Shown: in pieces, positions 14,022-29,000 of the stretch
Numbering within the stretch: the stretch's first letter is position 1
How the letters are laid out: the number at the start of each line of letters is the position of its first letter
Source: Adineta vaga
Taxonomy: Eukaryota > Animalia > Rotifera
Direction of reading: 5' to 3'
DNA: 64,000 nt
NCBI GenBank assembly: GCA_021613535.1
Contig: CP075494.1
Location: 8,060,001 to 8,124,000 of the forward strand
Translations under genes and position numbers: made by a program
The notes under the pieces: generated by a model
Told to the model about the DNA's origin: nothing
Databases searched by the model: none
What the model saw: the letters and a program-made list of their open reading frames with translations, nothing else

Positions 14022-14445
14022 AATTGTTTGAAATCAATTAGAAAGGAGATGATAAATATTTCGAATCGACAGTTTCGTTCGTTTGGATAAAATCAATATG
14101 GAGAGAAAAGAAAGAAGAATAGAATAGATCTATTTTCACGTGACGAGTCATACAGATATATATATATATATACATTCTTAGTAGTTCGCTCGAAAATTTC
14201 TGTTATCATTCTATATAATGTGATCGACAAGCAAGAATCTGATTTTGATCTTTATTTAATCGCTGCATTATATAGATAGAGTATATTTCAATGAATAGAG
14301 AATCAAAATTATCAAATTTATTTATATTAAATTCTTAAGTAATCAAAAGAAAGAAAAAAACAGCAGATTATATGTAATTTCACACATTCTAAACAAGTAA
14401 ATAAACAAAAGAAAAAAGACAAAAGTTCGATATATATGTTATCTC

Positions 14446-16214
<1,769 letters not shown>

Positions 16215-16218
<4 letters not shown>

Positions 16219-16346
16219 GGTTTTCTACTGCGAAAATTACTTGATATATTGAACTTAATACGTTGTCTTTTATAACTACGATATGTAACACCACCTGTCG
16301 TCGATTGAGTTTGAGCGTAAAGGGGTTCCGTATAAACTTCCACCAT
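16215..16346 (-). promoter_or_regulatory. 43-aa upstream ORF in the patA leader; its stop overlaps the patA start (CC-ATG-A)
   Basis: ATG at 16346 reads MVEVYTEPLYAQTQSTTGGVTYRSYKRQRIKFNISSNFRSRKP*. TGA at 16217-16215 overlaps the main ATG at 16218-16216. Confidence 0.7.
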
Positions 16347-16886
16347 TAAGTCTTAAACACTTCGTCAAATCTCTTCCCGGTCGATTTGTTGGGTGACTGA
16401 GAGAAGGAGAGATCGAGAATCGAATACTTTATGGATTAGTTATTGAATTCTTCTCTTTATATATACATATTCCGATAAGAAAGAAAGAAAGAGAAAAGGA
16501 GAAAAAAAAGCGAAAAAATAAAAGAGAGAATTATCTATCGATATTTAGATAGAGAAAATCATTGTGTGAAGTATAACACCTGGATCAAAGAAGAGAGAAT
16601 GAAAGGGTTATAGCCCTATTAGACACACCCATTCAGTATGAGAGAGAGATAGAGAGTGAATAAGAGAAATAGATAAGTGCCCCGAAAGAGAAAGAAAATT
16701 CAGCTTAAATGGTAATCTTTCTCTCTCTCTCTCACGCTCACGCATTTCTGACGGTGCATATCGATCGAATAAAAAAAACTTCAATGATGGCATCTTTCTA
16801 TTTTTAATCTCTACTTTCAATCATTTGAAAAAAGTACATTGAAGACTTTTGTCTTATTTATGATTACGATATAAGAAAAATTTTAT

Positions 16887-16996
16887 TAGTAAGCAAGAAT
16901 CCAACTAAATAAATGTAAGTATAAAGTACAAAGAAATACACTTTTCATTTCTTTGTACTTTAGTGCCTAAATTTATTTAGCAGATTCTTGCTACTA
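16887..16996. repeat. Long imperfect inverted repeat (hairpin) with about 50-bp arms
   Basis: Perfect 16-bp core TAAAGTACAAAGAAAT (16922-16937) pairs with ATTTCTTTGTACTTTA (16947-16962) around a 9-nt loop. Outer arms pair via CTAAATAAAT and AGCAAGAATC. Confidence 0.9.
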
Positions 16997-18346
16997 TAAA
17001 AGAAAGAGAACAGGATATAACCTATGGTGTTCGAATCCTACTTTCAGTATTCATTATATTATTTACACCTATATATATTTGTACAAATTTGATGTGATGC
17101 AAGAGTCGAAAATCAGTTCGTTGGAAAATTCTATTTTGTTAAAACTTAGAGATCATTTCAGTAAGACTTTTTCTCGAAGAAAAAGTAAGAAAGATTGTTT
17201 GGTTATCTTTGATGAATCATTCTTTGTCAGTGCTGACGATGTAAATTGATAAAATTCATATCATCTGACCGACAATAACAATGATGTGAAAAAATGCCGG
17301 ATGACTATCGATAACGAGCAAATATAGAAATCAATTTTTTTTTATTATTATTTAACATTGATTTACTCAAGATTTATTATTCTTTGAAGAAAAGATAAAA
17401 ATAATTGAAGATATTTAAATGCTTTATCATTTCAACTCGTGATTTGATATCTAAAAATAGTATATATAAATGTACCGATTGATATCCCTAGTTTTTTTTT
17501 CTATATTGACATGGAACCTTCTCGAACTTTCGTCGTCATCATCGTCGTGTATAGTTTTACAATGGTAACAGAACTTTATCGATAATATGAATTGACGATT
17601 AGAAAGTAAAGTCAGACGATGATAGAGAATTCAAAAGCATATGCAATGATTGATTAGATTCGAAGACATAACTCACTAAATACTGGATAGAACTATATTC
17701 TAGACCAAAGAGTATATATGAAGTATAGCTTTTGATATTTTCATGGTTGATTTATTCAAAAATCAAGTCATGTAAAGTAATCTTGACCATATACTCTCAA
17801 TTAAGTATTTATATGAATGAACATAAATTAGTGAATAATAATGATAAGATATGAGTATTCATTGAAGTTAATTATAGTGTAATTATTTATCACTGGTCAA
17901 AATCGCGATTAAAATGATAAATGAATCGATTCTAATAGAAGCGATTATTGAAAATGAATATAAATATTTTGTTGTTACTATCCAAGAGTAAGATCTGTAT
18001 AAAACAGATGATGAAATAGTTTGTTTCATGATTTATTGTTATTAAGTCCTTGATTTGATTTTGTTCTTTTTCTTTTTACTCATGAAAAACTCTTGAAAAA
18101 AATTCTTCTCTAACCAATTAAAACTCAGTTCGATAGATATCGTTTATAATTCTACTACTTTTCTTTTGAGCATCTCTAATCGTGTAATTCTTTTCAAAAT
18201 GTGGTTTATATCATCAGAAAACATAGCTCATAATTTAACAATATTCAATTTTATAGTTTATCCAATCAAAATCATCCAAATCGTCCGGTTGTCATACTCA
18301 TATTACTTCACTTTAGAATAAAATCTCTTGTTATTTTTTTGATGAA

Positions 18347-19516
18347 ATGAGTTTCATGAGAATGCTCTGGATTTTTCTATTTATTCTGATAAATTATATC
18401 AACGCTCAAGAATCCGATGCTTATGAAGTTCGTGAACATAGTCTTGTTCGTCCCTATCCATCAGGTAGAGTTAGTCTAATATTAATAAGAAGCCTTTGAA
18501 TTATATTTATTTACTTAGTTTTCTCAACATCGAATTCATATTGGCATTTATATGGACATTCAATTGCTACAGATCAATATATTCGTTTAACATTAGATGC
18601 ACAAAGTAAATTTGGAGGATTATGGAATATGATACCGATCGCTTTTCCTGATTGGGAAATTCATGTTCATTATCGTGTACATGGCGAAGGAAGCACATAT
18701 TTTGGTGATGGATTTGTTATTTGGTATGCTAGAGATCCAAAATTAGAAGGTAAGAATATTCTTTTTTAACTTTTAATATCTAATTTGAATTTTATGAGTA
18801 TTGACCAATTCATATGAACTCATTTTCTATTCATACATAGGTCCAGTTTTTGGTTACACAGATCACTTTTATGGATTAGCTATCGTTATGGATACTTATG
18901 CTAATGGTCATGAACATCAAGGGGTAAATCATTTTCAATTCTTCTCATAAACACTTGTGAAATTAGCTTCATTCTTTAGCATGTTTTTCCATACATATCA
19001 GCCATAGTAAATAATGGTACACTACATTATGATCACGATCGTGATGGTACAAATCTAAATATTGCCGGTTGTGAATCATCATTTCGTGGCCGTACTACTG
19101 ATACACTTGTTGCTATACGATATCATAACAATCGTTTAACAGTTTCAACTGATATTGATGGAAAAAATACCTGGACTGAATGTTTTTCGATTGATGATAT
19201 TCATTTGCCAACACATTATCATTTGGGTTTTACAGCAGCTACTGGTCAACTTAGTGATAATCATGATATTATTTCTGTTCATACTTATCAATTAGATACA
19301 TCCGAGCAACGACGAACAGAAGACCGAAAGAATATACTTCCTGTAGCACCTTCAGCAAAACTAGGCGATGCAACTCTAGAGATTTCTCAGTCAAGCACTT
19401 GGTCAGCATTAAAAATATTCTTTTTTGTCATTCTTTTCATCCTCATTTGTGTGGGTAGTATTGGATTATTTGTCTATATAAGATATTATCGTCAACGAAC
19501 AGTAAGATTCTATTAG
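18347..19516 (+). CDS. LMAN2: VIP36/LMAN2-like L-type lectin cargo receptor, 4 exons
   Basis: Signal peptide, REHSLVRPY, FGDGFVIWY, GPVFG, YDHDRDG and GFTAATGQLSDNHDIIS motifs, a TM helix and C-terminal RFY. Confidence 0.92.
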
Positions 19517-19884
19517 AAATCGACCGTTTACTTTTCGTGATAAATAATTTCGTTCATCAAGTGATATTTTGTTGTTTTCTAAATTCATTATTTACATGGT
19601 TTTCTCCTGTGATATGCTCAATATTTTGTGATAATGAATGAATGATCTTTTGCCTTTGAATAATAAATACGTACTAATACAAATCGTATCTGTTGAATAT
19701 TTCTGATTATATACGACCCCTTAGTCGAATAGTAAACACGGTAGTAATTCGTAAAGGAGGAGAACAACAAAACACCATGGTGTTTTTATAAAGAACGAAG
19801 AGAAAAAAATAACTGATTCACTTTTCTTTCTTATCGACTTTCAACAAGACAAAGTTTATTAACTTAGTACATTTCGAGGTTACT

Positions 19885-20781
19885 ATGGATCGGCTTTTAA
19901 CACCTGTTCGTTCTCGATCATTACTATATCTTCTTCCAACCCGTCATTTTTCTTCAATTAAACCGAATTCATTCGAATTAAAATCTCGTGCTTTATTAAA
20001 TCTTGTCAATCAATTTGAAGTGTCCAAACAAAATTCATCAATACCATCATTATCAAATTTTGATCTCACCAATGAATTTAATTCACTTTTTCCTTTACCA
20101 GGACATGTTGGATTTGCTAGCCTTGAAACCAAACGATTACTAAAACATAATTTAAATCATCTTGAAAATGATCTACTAGAACAATTCACTCCTACAAAAA
20201 ATATTCCATCATTACCAAGAAAAAATCAAAATAACATAGAAATTCAAACATATAATTGTTCATCAACGATTCGTTCTGAATTTAATTCATTATTTCTTAA
20301 TTATAATACTTCAACACAACCACTGACAGCAATCACAATCTTATTTCATACAAAATCTAATATGTCGACTTGGTCTATTGAAGTTGAAAACGAACGTAAA
20401 CAATTAGCTGAACAATTTACTAATTTAGCTCATGAAATATCGACTTATCTCAGCAATAAAAACTATTGGGTAGATTTTATTGATCCATCCAATGGTAAAC
20501 CTTATTACGGTCCACCAACATCCGATGCTTTATTTGAAACTGATGAACGTTTTCGACATTTTGGACTTGATATCGTTGATTTAGGTTGTTGTCGAGTGAT
20601 TGAACATCTTCAATATGGTAAATATATATTTTCTTGAAAAAGAAACAAATACTTTTCAAATTTTCTTCTAGGTACGAATGTATTTGTTGGTTGTATATTT
20701 ACAAGTGCATCAAAGATCGATTCAAATATTCAACATTTACTAAAAGGATTTGTTGCACCTCGTAGTACAAAACAAGATTAA
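19885..20781 (+). CDS. MMADHC: Cobalamin trafficking protein CblD, 2 exons
   Basis: FPLPGHVG, YWVDFIDPSNGKPYYG, LFETDERFRHFG and DLGCCRVIEH..YG|TNVFVGCIFT motifs. The N-terminus resembles a mitochondrial presequence. Confidence 0.93.
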
Positions 20782-21620
20782 GAATTGACATTGTAGTAAA
20801 GACCAACATTTATATAGATTATTTAATCAAAAAATATAAGCAAAAAGACATCCTAAATAGATCAATGAATGCTCTCGATCATATGTAAAAAATAGGCACG
20901 TTTATTACAAGTTTAGTCTAATTCAATAAAATAATTGAACGATTTAGATCGTACTCTTCAATTCAGTAATCAAACCACGTGTCTAATCATAAAACGATGC
21001 GAAGAGTCAATCTGTTGCTATAGCAGAGAAAAAGAAAGAGAGAGAGAGAGAGAGGAAAAAAAGTCTCATTCTTTACCAACAACGACTCAATCTGTGACAA
21101 GGGCGTTCTACTGCATTTTCTTTCTTTTCATTTCTATGCTCAACAGTTGTCATCGCACTCTACACTTGTGCACGACATTTTTCTTCTCTTCTTTTTTTTC
21201 TTTCTTTTTTTTTATATATTCATTGAAAGCTGTTGCTTTCATTTTAAAAGACATCATATTTTTCTATCATTACCATATATATTATTGTCAAACAGAAATC
21301 TATTAAAGGTAAATTGACTTAACATTTTTCTTCCATTGTATAGATGATTGATTGGTCCGAAAGAAGGAATTGATATACGATATTTTCATATATTGTATGA
21401 TAACATTAACTCACATTGAAATTCCGTCTACACTTAAATATACGTAAAGAACGACAAGTTATAAAAAAAAGAAAGAAGTTATGATAGCAGCACATTAGTC
21501 AGCGGAGAATGTTCTCGATCAAGGATTTCTTTGTAAATTTATCAATATATATATATATATATATTCTTGTTTTAGTCATACTCTTACTAATAGACAATCG
21601 AACAATCATTTCCTGTAATA

Positions 21621-22591
21621 ATGCATTCGGCAGCAGATGATACTAATCAACCAAAACCACCTGTTCGAGCTGAATTTGCACAAGATCCTCAAAGAGAACC
21701 TTTCTTACCAAAAGTACCAGAACGTATGGATTTACATGAACATAACACCACTAATCCATCGCGTCAGGTAATTCATCGCATTTTTTTTCTAAAACAATAA
21801 ATCACAACATATACATCCTGTTTTCTTCACTGATATCAATGAGATATTCTAAATGAAAATCGTAGGAGGAATAATGATACTAAATAAACATATATATATC
21901 GTTTGTTTTGATACAAGCGACTCCTCGGTAAATAAATAAACCTGATGCCTACTTGTTAATGTATGATAATAAAAACGATAGTTCGAAACGTTTTTCATTG
22001 TATAGAATGAGTGCTGGAGTTGATGTAAGTTTTGGTATATTCAATCTCAAACAAATAAAATTTCTTTGATTTTTTAGACTGATTGTACTTGCAATTATAA
22101 TCGTTATGCTACAAAGAAGACAATTGGTAAGTTGATTGTATTCATTCAACGATAGAATCATTGCTTTTTCTTTTTCAGGTCACGGTTTTCTAGAATTTGC
22201 TTTACTCAGTATGTAATATTTCTTTTTCTTTCTTTTTCATTAACAAAAGACACTTCTTTTCCTTGCACTTTTCACAGCTAGTAATACAATGCAATTACGA
22301 ACATTAATAACTCAAAAACAACGTGATGGAATTTGGATTGCTTCACTTATTCTTGTTTGTATATCAATACTTGCACAAATAGGCTTAACATTTCTCTTAG
22401 TTATTGTTGGCAAAGGTAATATACAAAATCCTCAAAAACAAATCAAATTAGAACGTTATAATAATATAACATTATTTCTGACAATGTTAATATCAACGAT
22501 CAACGTAATTATCAATGTATTTATGTCCACAACAAGTCCAACAAGTTATTTAGACACACATTCATTAGAAATCTTGAAAAAAGAAAATTAA
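21621..22591 (+). CDS. Ninjurin family protein, 4 exons (with a candidate alternative first coding exon)
   Basis: NYNRYATKKTI|GHGFLEFALL|TSNTMQLR followed by two TM helices (ISILAQIG; ISTINVIINVF). Confidence 0.85.
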
Positions 22592-23135
22592 AATTCTTAT
22601 CTATTTGTAATAATTTTTCATATTTTATTGGGTGATGTCAGTTTATTCTTTCTTTTTTGTAGTACTATCTGTTATTGTCGTTAGTTTTTTTATTCTTCAG
22701 AGAGAGAGAAAAAAAATTAGCTAAACTCTTATCTATCTTACATCAATGAATCCAAATATACAAAATTTAAATAAAATGACGTCAATAAAAAAATACATTT
22801 TACTTTTCTATGTGAATATTAAAAAAAAAATAGAGAAAAGATAGCAAATATATAGTAGATCTAAACTATATATACATATGACACTAAACGTGAATATAGA
22901 AGGAGCCGTAACCTTACAGCCTCTACCTCTATTCTGGCAGAAATACGTTTTTTTTTCTTTCTCGTTCTGCGACTACTAGTTGTTGTGTTGTCTTGTAAAA
23001 TATATTCTCTCGCAGCACAAACGTATAATCCGATCCTTGTTTTGATTACTACAACTACAGGAATAACTTAGAATTGAAGAATAGGATACAATACAATTTT
23101 TCAATCGTCTATTCAATTGTTGACAATCTTTCTCG

Positions 23136-24584
23136 ATGACTCAATCGACTGTTCGACATTCGAATCCATTTTGGATTGATCAAAAACATGATTTTATTCC
23201 AGCTTTATTAAAACATCCACGAATTATTCATGGAGAATTAGCAACGAATAATGATGAATATGATGTCGTTATTATTGGTACTGGATTTTCGGGTGTAGCA
23301 TGTGCATATTGGTTAAGAAAACTATATCCTATCGAACGTTTTCCTCGAATACTTTTATTAGAAAAAAATGCTCTACCATGTTCGGGTGCATCGGGTAGAA
23401 ATGGTGGTTTTCTTTGGCCAAGTTATGATTATTTAGCAGGTTATGTTGAAGATTTCGGTTATGAGGATGCCTGTAGATGGGTTGATTTTCAACATGAAAA
23501 TATCCGACAAATTGCTGATGCTGTTAAAGAAAATGGAATTGATTGTCATATTAATTTAACACGTGGTAATGTGGCTTTAGCTCGTACGAGTGAAGAATTA
23601 AGAGATATTCTTCGTTCATATGAAATTATTCAAGATTATATTCAAAAACATCCACAAACAAAAATGACGCTGGATAATTTAGAATTATGGGATGAAACTA
23701 AATGTCAAGAAATGTTACATTCAAGTAAATTTATTGGAGGAATGTTTATGCGTGAATCGGGGACTGTTTGGGTAGCAAAATTTGTTTATGGTTTATTAAA
23801 ATATTGTCTCGATCAATCAGGTGTCGATTTAATGACACAAGGAAAAGTTATTCGAATTGAAGATTCAAAAAAATTAGTTCTAGAAAATGGACGAGTAATT
23901 ATCGCAAAACAAGCTATTGTTCATGCAACAAATGCATATGCTGTTGAATATCTTGATTTTACTCGTGGAAAAATCATACCAACACGTGGACAATGTAGTC
24001 TTTCAAAGCCAATGGAAACAATCTTTTGGCCATTTGGTTTATCAGCACGTGATGGAAGAGAATATTATCATCAATCTCCGTCGGATGGTCGTATTATGTT
24101 TGGTGGTTGTCGATGGCGAAGTCCTGATACTGAACATCTCAATCAAAATGATTCGGAAATCAATGAATTAATTCGAGATGAACATGCACGATACTTTAGT
24201 CAATGGCATCCAGATATTACAGAGAAAAATCATTCCGTTGAAATTGAACAAGAATGGACAGGCATTATGGCATTTACTGTTGATGAATTACCATTAATTG
24301 GACCATTACCAGGTGATGATAAACAATTTTTGTTATGCGGTTATAATGGTAAAAGTTGATTTCTTCATTCATTCAATCGTTGAGAATATATTTGTTGATT
24401 TTTTTAAGGAAATGGAATGCCGAATGTGTTTTTATGTGCAAAAGCTATTGCACGAATGATTGCCAATGATGATCCATATAAAGAAGGAGAAGAAAATCAT
24501 ACAGTTACTTTTCTAAAAATGTTTTTACCTGAACGATTTTTAAATTCAACAAGAAAACAATCATTATCCGAAGAAAAACAATAA
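23136..24584 (+). CDS. FAD-dependent oxidoreductase, DAO superfamily (PuuB/OrdL-like), 2 exons (intron 24349-24408)
   Basis: DVVIIGTGFSG (Rossmann fold), SGASGRNGGFL, VHATNAY, IIPTRGQ, WTGIMAFTVDELPLIG and GYNG|NGMP motifs. The substrate is inferred from family only. Confidence 0.85.
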
Positions 24585-25003
24585 AACGATTTTTCTTTTA
24601 TTAAAACAACGAATTAATAATAGTTCGTAGATAGGATTATTTTTTGTTTATTTATTAACACTTAACTCAGCAAAAATAAATCTATTCTTCTATTTCAAAT
24701 CAAATATTTCTACCAAAGAGAGAATTATAATTAAAATACAAAAAAAAACACTTCGACTTCAATTCGAGAATATCGATATGCACTATTCATCATTCTTGGC
24801 ATAATGACGTTATCATAAAATCTAAAAAACCGACGTCATTACTTTATTTTCGTCTCTCTTTTTTCTCTCTTCATACTTTTTCTTTACTTACATACTAAAG
24901 ATTCGATTTTCTCTTCGTCGACTCACAAACACGTATTTATTCAACGCACATAGACACTCTCTTTTCAAGGTTTAGATAACCATTTCAGTCGAGAAACACA
25001 AGT

Positions 25004-25351
25004 ATGGCTTTACCATTACATTCAACAATTACAGTTTCATGCGAACAATCGGAAGAACAATCAGGACCAACTATTATTCATAGTACAGGCGTCGGAGATT
25101 ATCGTGTTCAACCTGAAGTAATCCGTATTTTACAAGAATCATGTTCAAATGAAAAACTATGTGATCATGAAAAAGGTGTTCAATGTACTGATTCCGCTGC
25201 ACACATAGTTGATACATTTAAACGTGCTGGTTTTTCCGTGACAACGTCATCAAATGCTGGTAGTCGTAAAATATGGATGTTGACAAAAACAGGTGAAGGA
25301 GGTGCTGATGAAACAAACGATCAAGGTGGAGAAGAAGAACAAAAAGAATAA
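25004..25351 (+). CDS. Small hypothetical protein (115 aa, single exon)
   Basis: Clean ORF with AAGTATGG start context and coding-like composition. No family was recognised. Confidence 0.65.
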   Translation: MALPLHSTITVSCEQSEEQSGPTIIHSTGVGDYRVQPEVIRILQESCSNEKLCDHEKGVQCTDSAAHIVDTFKRAGFSVTTSSNAGSRKIWMLTKTGEGGADETNDQGGEEEQKE

Positions 25352-26030
25352 ATTCAATTAATGAAAATTTTATTCATTAGACCTTGATAGATGCCTATAT
25401 TTACTTAGTTAGAAATTTCATTAATAAATAATGCTTCTATTCTCTATGATAACATATTTTAGACTTCAAAAAAAAAAGAAGTTTTATAAATGTGTACAGA
25501 CGAGAGAAAATAAAATCATAAATATTGGCAAGGCTTCTTCAATAAATATCCAACTTTTCTAATGAAATATGAGTATGCTATCAAATGAGATCTATCGCTC
25601 TACTCGATAACATATTTCCTAATTTAAAAAACAAAAACAAAATAGATGATAACAATCTTATCAAGTGTAAATACACACATGCACGCAGATATTTTGGAAC
25701 GATCTTAGTGTTTTGTTATCAATTTAAATTCATTTTTTAAAGATAAAAAAATTCTGTATTCTAATTCACTCGTATAAAATCATTTATTTCAATTAAGATA
25801 AAACAAAAAAATGAAACGTTCTACGTTTACAATTAAAACCTTTACAATGTTCCATTGTTTTGTTCGAACTCGTTTATTTTTCTGGAACAAAAAAAAAGAA
25901 ACATGAAGATGCTGACAGTAGCAATAGCAGCAAAAGAGAAAGAAAACGAAATCTAAGAATAAATCATTTGTTTATATATGGTCATAATTATGAAATATCA
26001 CTGGGTTTCATTACATGAATGTCATTTGAA

Positions 26031-29000
26031 TCATTGAGCTGTAAATAAACAACCTGTTGTAGCCATTTTTTGCAATGCTAAAACTAAGTATTCATTTGCA
26101 TGTGCATAATCTCGTGGTTTGATTTTATCTGTTAGATTAGATTCATGATTAGCACATTGAACGCTAATGTCAATAAAACGTTGTAAAGTTGTGCATGCTT
26201 GTTCATCCGACCAGAATGTTAAATCTTTGATTGAAGTTAAATTCGTCGCTGATGAAAGTATTAATGGTGAACATTTATTAAGAACAAAACGTGTTAAAAT
26301 ATGTTGCCAAGCAGGTTCGACAAGAGCTGGATTAGATGAAGTGATAGGTGATGCCGTTTTTGATAGAGAATTTTCGACATAACGTTGAAGAATTTCAATT
26401 AATACGTAATCAATCAATGGTATTTGATGTTTTATTACAAGACGTTTAGCTGATAATGTTGGACGAAGTGAAATAGTTACAGTCATAGGTGTTTCGGTTG
26501 AATATGTATGTTGAAAATAATAGGATGTTTTACTTTTGATTAAATGTTCGACTGCAAATCGTAAACATTGACCAATCGAACGATGTGGTTGAATTTCAAG
26601 CATTTGTGCAACTAAAGTTGGTGATACTACAATAAAAAAAAGGGAGAAATTCAAAAACTATCTTATATTGATAACTTACATAATTTTGTGTGTTTTTTAA
26701 TATTCAATAATCGTGTTTTTAGTAATAATGGCGCAAACAGCCATGGTAAACTCAATATTGGTCGTGCATGACGTGTATCTGTATAACAGAAGATATATAA
26801 TGCACTTGCTTTTGCCATTTGTCTATCAAGACATTGATCACAAGTTGGATGACAACGATGGGATGTTAATTTACTATATGAACGCAAATCTTCAAAGAAT
26901 AATCGCCGTATACGATGTACTAATTGTTTCAATTCAATTTGTGCAGAATCAGCAACTAAACAAGCTGATTCAGTTTGTTGTTTACTCAATGGACTTTTAT
27001 ATTGTGATGATGAAGAATCGAATCGACAGAATATATCCACATCCGATGAGAATCGATAGACATACATAATATCCATAATAGATTCACGATAAATACGACC
27101 AAGTTCTTCGACAGCTGACGAATGTTCATGATGACAATCATGTACAAGCAATGGATCAATTGGAGAAGCATTTACAACTGTTGGTGGCGTTTGAACTTTA
27201 ACCCAATTTTGTTCAAAACGAAGACATGAACGAAATAATTGACCTAAATATAAATTTTGAATAGATAAATAATCTTTCCTGTATAATCTTACCAAGAACA
27301 TGTGGAGATGCATATGGTTTACAGTATGGTTTATCGAAATAATCAGGTCGTTCATTTCCTAAGACTGCTTGTAATTGTGAAATTTGTTCAGGTGTTAATG
27401 GATGTTGACCTGTTTTTGGTGCATCTAATTCTTCGGATATATGACCAGCAATAGCTAATGTTTTCGGATGTGCTACACCATAATAATCGACATAAGCTAA
27501 ATGAAGTGAACATAATTTTCCTGCACATGATTGTTCACTAATATCTAAGACAGTTTTTTGAATATCCGATCGATTTACTGGTCGATCTACTACACGTAAC
27601 ATGGCAATTTGTGAATCGTATTCATATGGAATATCATTTGATGTTCGAGGAATAAAATCCGGATGCCATATAACAGCATATTCATCACCATCAAGATCCG
27701 AACCGGAAATTTCATTTGGATGTGGTCGTTTACCACGCTGTGGAAATACAATAACATCTTTCAAATGTTGTAATTGTGGTACATTAATTGCAGAAAAGAC
27801 TCGAATATCACCAGGATGATGGCATGGATTTTTCGTAACGACAACTTGTTGTTCAAGTATAGTTGTTTTTTCTGTTTTACTATTACTTGGATAATCACCA
27901 GTTAATTCTGTATATTGAACGAAGACTAAAATGAGAGAAAAACGGTTGAAAGGAGATTTTCTTTGAATGAAAAAAGTACCTTGTCCATATTCGAGAATAC
28001 CATATTCATCGACAATACCAATCATATTTCGTGCTGAATTCTTGGGTAATTTTAAACGTGTTCGTTCTTTCATTTGTGCTAATTCAAATTTTCCAATATT
28101 GATCAATAATCGATGAAAAAATGGTTCTTCAATTAGATTTAGATGTGCTTCACGAATCAGTGTTGGTGATGGAAATAATTTTCGATTTAATTTTTCCGAT
28201 AATAATTCATAAGCACGTTGAGGATAGACAAGAGACTCGGCAAGAAATTGTTGATGTTGATTTTGTAGAAGAAGAAATGTTCGATCACCAATTGAACGAT
28301 GAGATAAAAGAACAATAATTTGTCGATTTAAATATAATGGACCTAAAAACAATTCACAAATTTCAATTTAGATAAATCAACAAAAGAACATACGAGGTTT
28401 CGATATACGACAAAGTTCAAGAATATTGTGATCACATTTGAATTTTTTCATTGAGTTACGTATACGTAATTGATGCTCAGCATCATCTAATTGTGGATTA
28501 ACAGATATAACACCTTTGCAACCAGCATAACGAATTTGAATAGCAGAAAATTTTCGATGTGGATTAATCTAGTGAAAAAAATAACACATAATTTCTCTCA
28601 CAAACCTTGCTGGTACTTGAGAATTATCGAATCGTATTCTCATGTTCATTCATAAATAGAATTTTACTTACAAGATCTCGTACAGCTGTTGACATTGTTC
28701 CAACTCCATCTGTGAAATTATACTTACAATCATCCGTATGAACATCGTCAATATATTCAACTTTTTCTGATGGAATCTATAAAAGAAAGTATTCGAAGAA
28801 AAAGTTAGATCAAGTAAGAATGATTCAACTTACTGCAATAGTTGCTTCAGCACTAGTGAAGCATTGTGCAATACGTGCTGAATGTTTAGCAACGATTTTT
28901 TCATCTTGAAAATCTCCCATCCAAGCAAATGCATCTTCAAATGAGAAATTCGCTTGTTCATCATGATAATAAAACCAAAATTGTTTATCTTTCAATTGTG

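Noticed and set aside
17020-17042. GTTCGAATCC tRNA T-loop/B-box-like motif (a similar one occurs near 63551)
   Set aside because: No acceptor, D or anticodon stems could be folded around either copy.
20935-21306. 123-aa ORF and similar F/L/S-rich ORFs (9634, 16608, 31331, 45340, 47795)
   Set aside because: These are translations of microsatellite- and pyrimidine-rich promoter or UTR sequence.
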